From positions 128,001 to 192,000 of the forward strand of contig CAXXTF010000002.1 of the NCBI GenBank assembly GCA_963665775.2: a stretch of 64,000 bases of DNA, written 5' to 3'. Position numbers and translations under genes: made by a program. The number at the start of each line of letters is the position of its first letter. Position 1 is the first letter of the stretch. Under the pieces are notes generated by a model. It saw only the letters and a program-made list of their open reading frames with translations. It did not search any database and was not told the DNA's origin. Below, in pieces: positions 33,400-42,517 of the stretch. The stretch is from Dehalococcoidia bacterium (lineage in GTDB: Bacteria; Chloroflexota; Dehalococcoidia; SM23-28-2; RBG-16-64-32).

Positions 33400-34635
33400 A
33401 TGGCGGGGCTTCTTAAAGGAGTGAAAGTCATCGAATCGGCCCAACTATTGATCACCCCGGTCGTAACCCAGCTCTTGGCCGATGAAGGGGCCGATGTCAT
33501 CAAGCTCGAAAGCCCATTCCGGGGCGACTATCTGCGTGACTTCCTGGGGCAAATCAAGCCCCACAAGAAGGGCCACAGCCCGGCATTTTTGGCGATAAAC
33601 CGCAACAAGCGCAGCGTTGCTATTAATCTCAGGACTCCCCAAGGCAAAGAGATCTTTTGGAAGATGCTGAAGGACACCGACGTGTTCTTTGATGGCAACG
33701 CCGCCGGCGCAGTGGAAAAACTGGGCCTGAGCTACCAGGAACAAAAGAAGGTAAAGCCGGACATCATTTATGCCCGGCTCTCGGGCTTTGGTGCTTCCGG
33801 GCCCTACGCCATGGTGCCGACCCACGGGGGCAGCGTGTCCGCCCTTGTAGGGACCACACACCTGGAGCTGAACGAAGAGGGGTTTGCCGAGCGAATGGGA
33901 GACACCACCAACACCCTCGCGGTCGAGCGTGGCGAGCCCCCTCTGTATACGGCCTACGCAATAGCAGCCGCCTTATACAGGCGCGAAAAGACAGGCCAAG
34001 GCACCTATATCGATGTAGCGCGGACTGATGCCATGATCGCCGGAGCTAACGTGGGTGTGGTCAGAGCCTTTGCCGAGGTCGGGGAAGATGAAACGGGCGT
34101 GGCTAATCAAGGTGCCGGAGGCGCCGGCCCTAAATACACCCACTATCAGAGTAAGGACGGCAAGTTCGTCCTCACAGCCCTGATCGAGCACCACCTCTAC
34201 GAGAACTTCTGCAAGGGAGTCGGACGTGAGGACCTGCTGGAAGAGGGAGTCGGCTACATAACAAAGGCGATCGCCGTCGACTTTGGGCCGCCAGAGCTTC
34301 GTAAAGAGCTGCAGAAGATTTTCCTCACCAAGACCCAGGCGGAGTGGATGGAGTTTGCCGTCAAATATGACACTGTGATAGCCCCAGTCAACTCCATATG
34401 GGACTTGCAGACCGACGCGCATTTGAAGCATCGGGAAGCCATAATCCAGCACGATCACCCTACCGCCGGCCGTCTCACGATGGCAGGCAACCCGATCAAA
34501 GTCGAGGGCGAGAACTTCACTGTGTATCACCACGCTCCCGCGCTGGGAGAGAATACAGTCGAGGTTCTGCGGGGTTTGGGCTACCGCCAGCAGCAGTTGG
34601 ATGAATGGAAGGCCGAGAAGATCGTAGGATTCTAA
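33400..34635 (+). CDS. Family III (CaiB/BaiF) CoA-transferase
   Basis: LADEGADVIKLE, NRNKRSV, APALGENT. Confidence 0.9.
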   Translation: MAGLLKGVKVIESAQLLITPVVTQLLADEGADVIKLESPFRGDYLRDFLGQIKPHKKGHSPAFLAINRNKRSVAINLRTPQGKEIFWKMLKDTDVFFDGNAAGAVEKLGLSYQEQKKVKPDIIYARLSGFGASGPYAMVPTHGGSVSALVGTTHLELNEEGFAERMGDTTNTLAVERGEPPLYTAYAIAAALYRREKTGQGTYIDVARTDAMIAGANVGVVRAFAEVGEDETGVANQGAGGAGPKYTHYQSKDGKFVLTALIEHHLYENFCKGVGREDLLEEGVGYITKAIAVDFGPPELRKELQKIFLTKTQAEWMEFAVKYDTVIAPVNSIWDLQTDAHLKHREAIIQHDHPTAGRLTMAGNPIKVEGENFTVYHHAPALGENTVEVLRGLGYRQQQLDEWKAEKIVGF

Positions 34636-34704
34636 GCCCATGGCAGGGTCTGCTCAAGGGAGTGAGGATCTGGGCCCTAGTGGCAATGGCATCTCCACAC
34701 CGTC

Positions 34705-34850
34705 TGTGGGGGGGAAAATGTCGTCCGTATCTGGGGGGGGGTTGACGCCGTGAGCTAGTTGGGTCAGCGTTAGGGCATTACGTAGTCACGGAGGCCCGGC
34801 CTTGATCACCTACTTCCTGCTCCTTTGCTCTGCCCTGCGCGCCACCGTTC
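34705..34850 (+). mobile_element. Left-end remnant of an IS481-like element
   Basis: TGTGGGGGGGAAAATGTCGTCCGTATCTG...; ~90 bp homologous in inverted orientation to 62396-62485. Confidence 0.65.
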
Positions 34851-35227
34851 CCCAGGAAGGAGGTCAGACAGAGAACTCTACGACAGCGCAGAGATTACCA
34901 TCGGTTTAGGCGGGAGCGACTACCCTCTGTCCATTAGGAAATCGCCGAAAGTGCCGCCAAGAACGCTGGCGACATACACCCCCTAGCGAAGCTCCGTGCC
35001 CTCACGAACGCCGCTTCCGCAAATGAATGGGGACCACCCCCCGTCTACATCCGAAACGTCGCATACCTTCGTATCACCACCATAGTCAGGACCCAGGGAG
35101 CTTGCGAGGGTGGCAAGTGTGCTGGCGGCGAGAGTACTACTCTACTTGGCGGGTTCGCGAGACGAACGCCAAAATCGTCTAACTGTTACGACGGCCGCTC
35201 ATCGGAGCAGAAGGGACTAACCAAGTC

Positions 35228-35995
35228 ATGATGGCAGAATTCCTTGGCGATGTTGAACGACTCCTTGCCGACGCATATCCGTATCGTTGGCCGATCGCAG
35301 CCGGCGTTCTCATCCTGCTCGCCGCTCTCGGCGCGTTTGTGTACCGCATGGGCTGGCACGAAGTGATCTGGCGGTTCAGACTGCCTGTCGCAATAGTCGC
35401 CACGCCAGTGCTGGCTCTCACCCTCTTTCTCGGTTACGATCTCGGGTCTCCGCTATTCACCAATAAAACCGTCGAGGAGGAGTTCCCCTTCGCGTTCACC
35501 GCCACCGTTCCGTCGAATATGTCCCGGTCCGAGGTCGAGCGCATCATGGAGCTTATAGCCCAGGTTGAACAGGAAGCTGTCGAAGAAGAAATTCCGATAA
35601 TGGACGAACCTACCGATGACCCGCCGGATCCGCCAGCAGCGCTGGAGAAGCTGCGGACCGGCTCCTTCCGCGACCAGGACAATTTCCACAAGGGCAGCGG
35701 CCAGGCAACTATCTACCGAGGTCCGGACGGCTCCCTGCTACTCAGGCTAGAAGACCTCGATGTCACGAACGGCCCCGACCTGCACGTCCTCCTGTCGCCG
35801 CACCCAGACCCTAGCAACAGCGGTGAGGTCAAGACCCCTGGATACGTTGACCTCGGCAAGCTCAAAGGCAACAGAGGAAACCAGAACTACCCTATCCTAG
35901 AGGACATCGACGTAGCCGCTCAAGGGAGCGTCATTATATACTGCAAGCCTTTCAAGGTGGTCTTTAGTGTAGCGTCTCTCCAGGACGCAAGTTAG
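35228..35995 (+). CDS. Membrane-anchored DM13 domain protein
   Basis: Two TM segments; HKGSGQA, NGPDLHVLL, DLGKLKGNRGNQNY, IYCKPF. Confidence 0.88.
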   Translation: MMAEFLGDVERLLADAYPYRWPIAAGVLILLAALGAFVYRMGWHEVIWRFRLPVAIVATPVLALTLFLGYDLGSPLFTNKTVEEEFPFAFTATVPSNMSRSEVERIMELIAQVEQEAVEEEIPIMDEPTDDPPDPPAALEKLRTGSFRDQDNFHKGSGQATIYRGPDGSLLLRLEDLDVTNGPDLHVLLSPHPDPSNSGEVKTPGYVDLGKLKGNRGNQNYPILEDIDVAAQGSVIIYCKPFKVVFSVASLQDAS

Positions 35996-36072
35996 CGCTG
36001 GCCCAGATCACTACAAGGGGGTTGGACCAGAGCGTCGAGCTCAGACCCGAAGAATAAGGGAGCAGGAGCGAC

Positions 36073-37938
36073 ATGCAGAGACTGAGCAGTGTGGTGTCGG
36101 TCGCTTTGCAACGCGACGCCGCAGCGGGTGCTGTCGCGAGCCTCGGAGGTGGCTTCCTGCTGTGGTGGGCTCTCCATGACCAGGGAATGACATCCACTGT
36201 ACCCGGCTTACTGGGTTTCAAACTCTCGGGCGAAGTCGGCGTGTTCCTCCATCTGATGGCCTCAATCCTGCTGGGGGCGGGGTTCGGGGTGATTTCACGC
36301 TATAGACCGCTCGGCTATTCGAGCACGATTAGCGGTGGCCTCTTATACGGGCTGCTGTGGTGGATCGCCGGTCCACTCACATTAGGCGCTCTTTTCGATG
36401 GTCGAGGGCCAACCTGGTCGATAGGTGAGGCAAGTACGGTGTTTCCCAGTCTGGTCGGGCATCTTCTCTACGGCGGCCTGACCGGGTTGGGGTTTTACAT
36501 CATGCTTACCTTATATCTCCACTTACGTCCTGAGCGAGAGCCGGTTAGCGTTGCCAGCGGGGCGCCAAAGACGAGGGTAGTGATCCTGGGGGGTGGCTTC
36601 GGGGGTATAGCCACCGCCCAACGCTTGGAGCAGCTCTTCACCCATGACCCCAATCTAGAAATCACGTTAGTGAGCCAGAGCAACTATTTGCTCTTCACCC
36701 CGATGCTAGCTGAAGTCGCCTCCAGCAGCTTGGAGGCACAGCACATCAGCGCCCCGGTTCGCGCAACCTGTCGGCGCACGCGGTTTCACCGCGCCGACGT
36801 GGCGGGGATTGATACCTCGTCCCGCGTCGTGTCGATGCGAGGTGGCCCATCACTACCTACTGAGGCATTACCCTACGATCACCTCGTGCTGGCCTTGGGG
36901 TCTATTCCCAACTACTACGGGCTTCCCGACTACTACGGGCTTCCCGGCCTGGCGGAACATTCATTTGCCCTCAAGACCCTGGAGGACGCGACTCGGTTAC
37001 GAAACCACGTCATCGCATTGCTCGAGCATGCCGCTGAGGAGCCAAACGAGAAGGAGCGCGCTCGCCAGCTCACGTTCGTCGTCGCCGGCGGTGGTTTTGC
37101 TGGCACGGAGGTGATAGCCGAACTCTTCGATCTAGTGCGTAGTGTGCTGCGTTACTACCCAAATATTCAGACAGACGAGCCTCGCTTTGTGCTCATACAC
37201 AGCGGCGATCGGATCTTGCCCGAACTCAGTCCTGAACTGGGCGACTACGCGCTTCGTAAGTTGCAACAACGGGGCATTGAATTTCAATTGCACTCCCGTG
37301 TGGCAGGCGCCATTTCCATCGGCGTTTTGTTGGACCAGGGCAGATCGGTGCCTACCTGCACACTAGTATGGACTGCGGGGAATCAGCCTAATCCCCTACT
37401 GAGGACGCTGCCATGCGACAGAAATCGGGCTGGGGCCGTGATTGTCGACAGCTCACTGCAGGTCAAGGGCCCTACGAACGTCTGGGCTGTGGGCGACTGC
37501 GCTCAGATCCCCGACCCAGACAGTCAGGGCGAGGCGTACCCTCCCACAGCTCAGCACGCCCTTCGGGAGGGCAAGTTGGTGGCGGAGAATATAGTAGCTG
37601 CCACAGGCGGCAAACCGCTAAGGCAATTCCGCTTTCGGACTATCGGTGTGTTGGTCGGGCTGGGACACCGGACGGCGGCGGCTGAAATACGTGGCTGGCG
37701 ATTCTCCGGATTGCTAGCCTGGTTCATGTGGCGCTCGATCTATTTCAGCAAGCTACCTGGCATGGAGAAGAAGGTGCGTGTAGCACTCGACTGGGCGATT
37801 GACCTCTTCTTCCCGCGTGACATCGTCCTTACGTCGAGTACAGATACGATACTTCCACATATCATTGGAACCGCCGAGGAGCCCGTCGCTCCTCAGAATC
37901 AACCTCAGACCGACATTGACAGGGAGCGCCCTCAATGA
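36073..37938 (+). CDS. Type II NADH dehydrogenase-like flavoprotein with an N-terminal 4-TM domain
   Basis: VVILGGGFGG, FTPML, VVAGGGFAGTE, VWTAG, AVGDCA, PPTAQHA. Confidence 0.88.
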   Translation: MQRLSSVVSVALQRDAAAGAVASLGGGFLLWWALHDQGMTSTVPGLLGFKLSGEVGVFLHLMASILLGAGFGVISRYRPLGYSSTISGGLLYGLLWWIAGPLTLGALFDGRGPTWSIGEASTVFPSLVGHLLYGGLTGLGFYIMLTLYLHLRPEREPVSVASGAPKTRVVILGGGFGGIATAQRLEQLFTHDPNLEITLVSQSNYLLFTPMLAEVASSSLEAQHISAPVRATCRRTRFHRADVAGIDTSSRVVSMRGGPSLPTEALPYDHLVLALGSIPNYYGLPDYYGLPGLAEHSFALKTLEDATRLRNHVIALLEHAAEEPNEKERARQLTFVVAGGGFAGTEVIAELFDLVRSVLRYYPNIQTDEPRFVLIHSGDRILPELSPELGDYALRKLQQRGIEFQLHSRVAGAISIGVLLDQGRSVPTCTLVWTAGNQPNPLLRTLPCDRNRAGAVIVDSSLQVKGPTNVWAVGDCAQIPDPDSQGEAYPPTAQHALREGKLVAENIVAATGGKPLRQFRFRTIGVLVGLGHRTAAAEIRGWRFSGLLAWFMWRSIYFSKLPGMEKKVRVALDWAIDLFFPRDIVLTSSTDTILPHIIGTAEEPVAPQNQPQTDIDRERPQ

Positions 37939-39401
37939 AATGGTCTGCGGTCCTGAGCAATCCCTTACTGGCAGGCGCACTAGCCGGACTGCTAGGTGGT
38001 CTGGTGTACGGGGCGACGATGTCCGAGCTCGATCTGTTGCCGACGTTCGCTCGGCTCGTGGGCGCCGATTCGGCCGCGGCGGGGTTTGCCGTTCTTATGG
38101 CAGTTGCCGCCGTGGTGGGCGCGGGTTTCGGCCTGTTAGTATCGCACCGGCGTCCAGAGGCTGGAGAGACGTTGTTCTGGGGCCTGGTGTATGGCACCTT
38201 TTGGTGGTACCTAGGCCCGCTCACTCTACAGCCCCTCCTTCAGGGCGATGGCCTGACCTGGGATTTGGATGCAGCGAAGGCGGCGTTCCCTTACTTTCTC
38301 GGACTTGTACTCTACGGCGCCACCATTGGCTTGTCCTCAATACTTCTGTCGTGGGGACATCACGTCCAGACCGCGGGTCAGCACATTCGCCGGGGCCCTT
38401 TATTGCGTGGCGCCTTGGCGGGCCTCCTGGGCGCAGTATTACTTGGCGTAATGCTCGACGTGCAAGACCAATTGCTAGCCTTCGCAGGAATGATGGACAG
38501 CGATTCCCACGTCCTTGCCTGGCTAGTCACCCTGCTCGTTGGCCTTCTAGCCGGTGTGGGGTACGCCCTACTATATCCTCAACCTACCGACGGCGCTGGC
38601 GTCGGCCTCATCCGCGGCTCCGCCTACGGCTTCCTTTGGTGGGTGGTTAGCGGACTAACAGTGGTGCCGCTGCTTAGCGGAGCGAGCCTCGCGTGGTTCT
38701 CAGACGAGGTCTCGGCCCTATTTGTCACTCTGCCCGCCTACATTCTCTTTGGGGCTGCCGTCGTCCTTTTTTACCAGTGGCTCGGGGCCATGGTACGGCT
38801 ACTATTCTCCGACATGATAGGAGGCCAGAACGAAGAGGGCATTGGCACGCAGGGATTACGCATTCTGGGACGTAGCTTGTTGGCTGGTGTCGTGGGCGGC
38901 CTCCTGTTTAGCTTGGTCATGCTCCAGACCGATTTTCTCCCGAGCGTGGCCGACTTAGTCGGCTCGAGCTCAGAGGTGGCGGGCTTCTTTGTCCATCTGG
39001 CGATCGCAGTCGTAGTTGGTACGAGCTACGGCCTTTTGTTCCGCCGGCAGAGCTACGACGTTGGTTCTGCACTGGGATGGGGCGTGTCTTACGGCTTCTT
39101 TTGGTCCATTCTGGGACCTCTCACGCTGATGCCGCTATTCTTGGGCTCGACACCCCAGTGGACGGTGGCCGCGGTGGCGGCGGCGTTTCCCAACCTGGTC
39201 GGCCACCTTGCGTACGGGGTCGGTCTCGGGATCACGTTCTATCTGCTAGAAGCCGGCTACAACCCTTGGTGGATTCCCCGAACGCAGTTGGAGGCGGCAC
39301 GGGTAGCACACCGCAGGGAAGAGGTGTTGACCGCGTCGCCAGCGCTCTGGGTGCTTGTGGTAGCGATTGGGTTGACGCTGCCGGTCCTCTTGGCCGGGTA
39401 G
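37935..39401 (+). CDS. Polytopic membrane protein with three repeats of the same Gly-rich 4-TM unit
   Basis: GxxYGxxWW/S...(GP)LT motif three times; ATGA overlap with the upstream gene. Confidence 0.85.
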   Translation: MKWSAVLSNPLLAGALAGLLGGLVYGATMSELDLLPTFARLVGADSAAAGFAVLMAVAAVVGAGFGLLVSHRRPEAGETLFWGLVYGTFWWYLGPLTLQPLLQGDGLTWDLDAAKAAFPYFLGLVLYGATIGLSSILLSWGHHVQTAGQHIRRGPLLRGALAGLLGAVLLGVMLDVQDQLLAFAGMMDSDSHVLAWLVTLLVGLLAGVGYALLYPQPTDGAGVGLIRGSAYGFLWWVVSGLTVVPLLSGASLAWFSDEVSALFVTLPAYILFGAAVVLFYQWLGAMVRLLFSDMIGGQNEEGIGTQGLRILGRSLLAGVVGGLLFSLVMLQTDFLPSVADLVGSSSEVAGFFVHLAIAVVVGTSYGLLFRRQSYDVGSALGWGVSYGFFWSILGPLTLMPLFLGSTPQWTVAAVAAAFPNLVGHLAYGVGLGITFYLLEAGYNPWWIPRTQLEAARVAHRREEVLTASPALWVLVVAIGLTLPVLLAG

Positions 39402-39536
39402 GATCACCGCACTGAGCCGACATCGCGTACGCAGCTGTCCAGACAAATGGCAATGGTACATTAACGGATACCGCACTTGTGGAGGCTTCAAGGGGGCGCA
39501 TTCGTTGTCCGGGCGGTCCACTCGAGAAGTAAGACC

Positions 39537-39615
39537 TGTGGGGCGCCAAAACGCCAACCGCGGGGGTCAGGCCGCATGATATTTTCAGATACGGATGAGA
39601 TTTTGCCCCCCCACA
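39537..39615 (-). mobile_element. 79-bp MITE-like internal-deletion derivative
   Basis: TGTGGGGCGCCAAAA...TTTTGCCCCCCCACA termini; the last ~30 bp match 62457-62485. Confidence 0.7.
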
Positions 39616-39691
39616 ACCGCACGACAGAAAGGGTTCTAAGGGCTAAACTAGGTGTAAATGCTGGCCGGGATCAGGCAAGCCGGAGGATGCC

Positions 39692-39805
39692 ATGCACAAA
39701 GCCGACGTGATCTTCGAGGGTGGCGGGGTGTGCGGCATAGCTCATTCGGGCGCATTGCTTGAAGCTCAGGAGAGTTTCGGCTACGAGGGGCAGAACCTGG
39801 CTGGG
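39692..39805 (+). pseudogene. Patatin-like phospholipase N-terminal stub
   Basis: ADVIFEGGGVCGIAHSGAL...NLAG, ending before the GxSxG motif. Confidence 0.7.
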
Positions 39806-39894
39806 GGGCTTCACCCATTACAGCAGGCCTTTCTGGAAAAGCTGCCCTCCAGCGCGGTCGCTGCGTTGACTACAACAAGAAGGGGGAAGGCATC

Positions 39895-42204
39895 GTGACT
39901 ACCACCGCAGATCGAGAGACCAAGAGCCTAGGCGCGTTCAAAGTCGTGGGCACCAGGCCGATCCGGCACGACGGCCTGGACAAGGTAACGGGCAGAGCTA
40001 AGTTCGGTGCGGATATCCATCTGCCGGGCATGCTCTACGGTAAGATCCTGCGCAGCCCTCATGCCCATGCCCGGATCCGGGCCATCGACACCAGCAAAGC
40101 GGAGGCGTTGCCGGGTGTCAAGGCCGTCGTCACGGCTCAAGATCTCCCCATCGTTGAGGATCAGGCTATAGACTTGGGTGAGACCTTGGGCAATGCCCGT
40201 ATGCTAGCGGAAAACTGCCTGGCGCATCATAAAGCGCTGTATAAGGGCCATGCTCTGGCAGCCGTGGCAGCGGAGACTCCCCACATCGCGGAAGCGGCCC
40301 TCAAGCTCATCGAGGTGGATTATGAGGTGTTGCCCACCGTCCTCACTATGCACGACGCTATGAAGAAGGATGCGCCCCTTCTCCACGAGGGAATGACCAC
40401 CAGGTCCATAGCTGAGCGCTTTTCCAGGGGCACAGACACCGGCGTCAAGAGCAACATCGCTAGCCACTTGCAGTTCAAGCGCGGGGACCTGGTGCAGGGC
40501 TTCGCCGAGGCCGCCGTCATCGTCGAGCGGGAGTTCAGCACCAAAACGGTCCACCAGGGCTACATCGAGCCCCACCCCTGCACGGGGTTGTGGGCGCACG
40601 ACGATCATGTAACCATCTGGACGAGCACCCAGGGACCCTTCGGCGTTCGCCAGCAGACCGCCGCCATGCTGGACATCCCCGAATCCAAGATCAAGGTCGT
40701 CCCGATGGAGATCGGCGGCGGCTTTGGTGGCAAGATCAACACCTATCTAGCGCCGGTAGTGGCCCTCCTCTCCCGCAAGGCCGGCCGCCCCGTCAAGATC
40801 GTCATGAGCCGGCAGGATGTGCTCGAGGCGACCGGCCCAACCTCAGCCACCTACATGCGGACCAAGATTGGCGCCGACGAGAATGGCCGCATCACAGCCT
40901 TCCAACTTTATCTGGCTTACGAAGCGGGAGCCTTCCCCGGCTCGCCGGTGGGGGCAGGGGTGTCCACCGCCATGGGGCCTTATGACGTGGATAACCTGCT
41001 CATAGATGGTTACGATGTGGTCTGCAATAAGCCCAAGGTGGCGGCCTACCGGGCACCCGGCTCCCCCCAGGCTGCATACGCCGTCGGGTGCGTCATCGAT
41101 GAGCTAGCCGAGAAGCTGGGCATGGACCCCTTAGCCTTCCAGTTGAAGAACGCCACCAAGGAGGGTAGTCGGCAGGCCAGCGGTGTTACCTTCCCTCGCA
41201 TCGGCTGCATTGAGCTGGAAGAGGCGATGAAGGCCCATCCTCACTACAGTGCGCCTCTGGAAGGCCCCAACCGTGGCCGCGGCATCTCCGTGGGGTACTG
41301 GGGCAATGCCGGCCTGCAGTCTTCCGCCACCATCAACGTCAACGCCGATGGCACGATCAGCCTGATCACCGGCTCTGTGGACATCGGCGGTACCCGTGTT
41401 GCCGTTGCCATGCAGGCCGCCGAGGTGCTGGGCCTGGCGGCGGAGGAGGTCATCCCCAGCGTAGGCGATACCGATTCCGTCGGCTGGACGGGGGTCACCG
41501 GCGGCAGTCGGACCGCCTTCTCCACGGGGATCGCCGCCATTTCCGCAGCGGAAGCGGTATCGCGCCAGATGATGGCTCGCGCGGCGCTGCTGTGGGAGGT
41601 CCAGCCCGAGGACGTGCGGTTCGAGGACGGCGTGTTCCTCTCCGCCAAGCACCCCGAGGACAGGATGACGTTCCGGGAGTTGGCCGGCAAGCTCATGCCC
41701 ACCGGCGGCCCGGTGACTGTCTCGACCACCTCCAACCCGCGGCAGGTTGGTCCCTGTTTCGCCGGCAATATAGTCGATGTGGAGGTAGACCCGGAGACGG
41801 GCAAGGTGACCATCCTGCGTTACACCGTATTTCAGGACGTGGGCAAGGCGGCCCACCCCAGCTACGTGGAAGGCCAGATGCAGGGGGGCACCGTCCAGGG
41901 CATCGGCTGGGCGTTGAACGAGGAGTATTTCTACAATGAGGATGGCATCATGCAAAACTCCAGCCTGCTGGACTATCGCATGCCCACGAGCCTGGACCTG
42001 CCTATGATCGACACGGTCATCATCGAGGTGCCGAACCCCGGCCATCCCTTTGGTCTCAGGGGAGTTGGCGAAGTGCCCATCGTTCCGCCCATGGCCGCTA
42101 TCGCCAACGCTATCTACCACGCCATCGGCGTTCGCTTGACCAGGCTGCCCATGTCGCCGGGCGCCGTCTTGGAGGCCCTAGAGGCGAAGAATGGCCAAAT
42201 GTAG
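39895..42204 (+). CDS. Xanthine dehydrogenase/CoxL-family molybdopterin-binding large subunit
   Basis: DKVTGRAKF, GGGFGGK, AYRAPG, EGQMQGG, RGVGE. Confidence 0.93.
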   Translation: MTTTADRETKSLGAFKVVGTRPIRHDGLDKVTGRAKFGADIHLPGMLYGKILRSPHAHARIRAIDTSKAEALPGVKAVVTAQDLPIVEDQAIDLGETLGNARMLAENCLAHHKALYKGHALAAVAAETPHIAEAALKLIEVDYEVLPTVLTMHDAMKKDAPLLHEGMTTRSIAERFSRGTDTGVKSNIASHLQFKRGDLVQGFAEAAVIVEREFSTKTVHQGYIEPHPCTGLWAHDDHVTIWTSTQGPFGVRQQTAAMLDIPESKIKVVPMEIGGGFGGKINTYLAPVVALLSRKAGRPVKIVMSRQDVLEATGPTSATYMRTKIGADENGRITAFQLYLAYEAGAFPGSPVGAGVSTAMGPYDVDNLLIDGYDVVCNKPKVAAYRAPGSPQAAYAVGCVIDELAEKLGMDPLAFQLKNATKEGSRQASGVTFPRIGCIELEEAMKAHPHYSAPLEGPNRGRGISVGYWGNAGLQSSATINVNADGTISLITGSVDIGGTRVAVAMQAAEVLGLAAEEVIPSVGDTDSVGWTGVTGGSRTAFSTGIAAISAAEAVSRQMMARAALLWEVQPEDVRFEDGVFLSAKHPEDRMTFRELAGKLMPTGGPVTVSTTSNPRQVGPCFAGNIVDVEVDPETGKVTILRYTVFQDVGKAAHPSYVEGQMQGGTVQGIGWALNEEYFYNEDGIMQNSSLLDYRMPTSLDLPMIDTVIIEVPNPGHPFGLRGVGEVPIVPPMAAIANAIYHAIGVRLTRLPMSPGAVLEALEAKNGQM

Positions 42205-42349
42205 GCGCCCCTATGGTGGTCATGTGGATTTCAGATCCCAGTCAGCTTCGCCGGCCTTGCCCCGGTCCTGAGCTTGCACCATCCTTGATGACCTTGACCT
42301 GACCCTTACTCCGATTCATTGAGGCATACCAATTATTTTGGGCAATGGC

Positions 42350-42440
42350 ATGGGCCCAATTAATCTGTATGACTACGAAACCCTGGCCCGCCAGCGCTTG
42401 CCTCCGATGGTCTACGATTATTACGCGGGTGGTGCTGAGC
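42350..42440 (+). pseudogene. Alpha-hydroxy-acid oxidase N-terminal stub
   Basis: INLYDYETLARQRLPPMVYDYYAGGAE. Confidence 0.7.
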
Positions 42441-42517
42441 GCCGTCTTGCCGTAGCAGCGGTGGCTGACCTGAACGGGAGGCGGCGGCCAATGTCCCTTC
42501 CTCGGGCAAAAAATGGT

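Noticed and set aside
42338-42517. Oxidase-dehydrogenase fusion protein
   Set aside because: Only ~30 codons of oxidase are present; the signal peptide starts at 42518.
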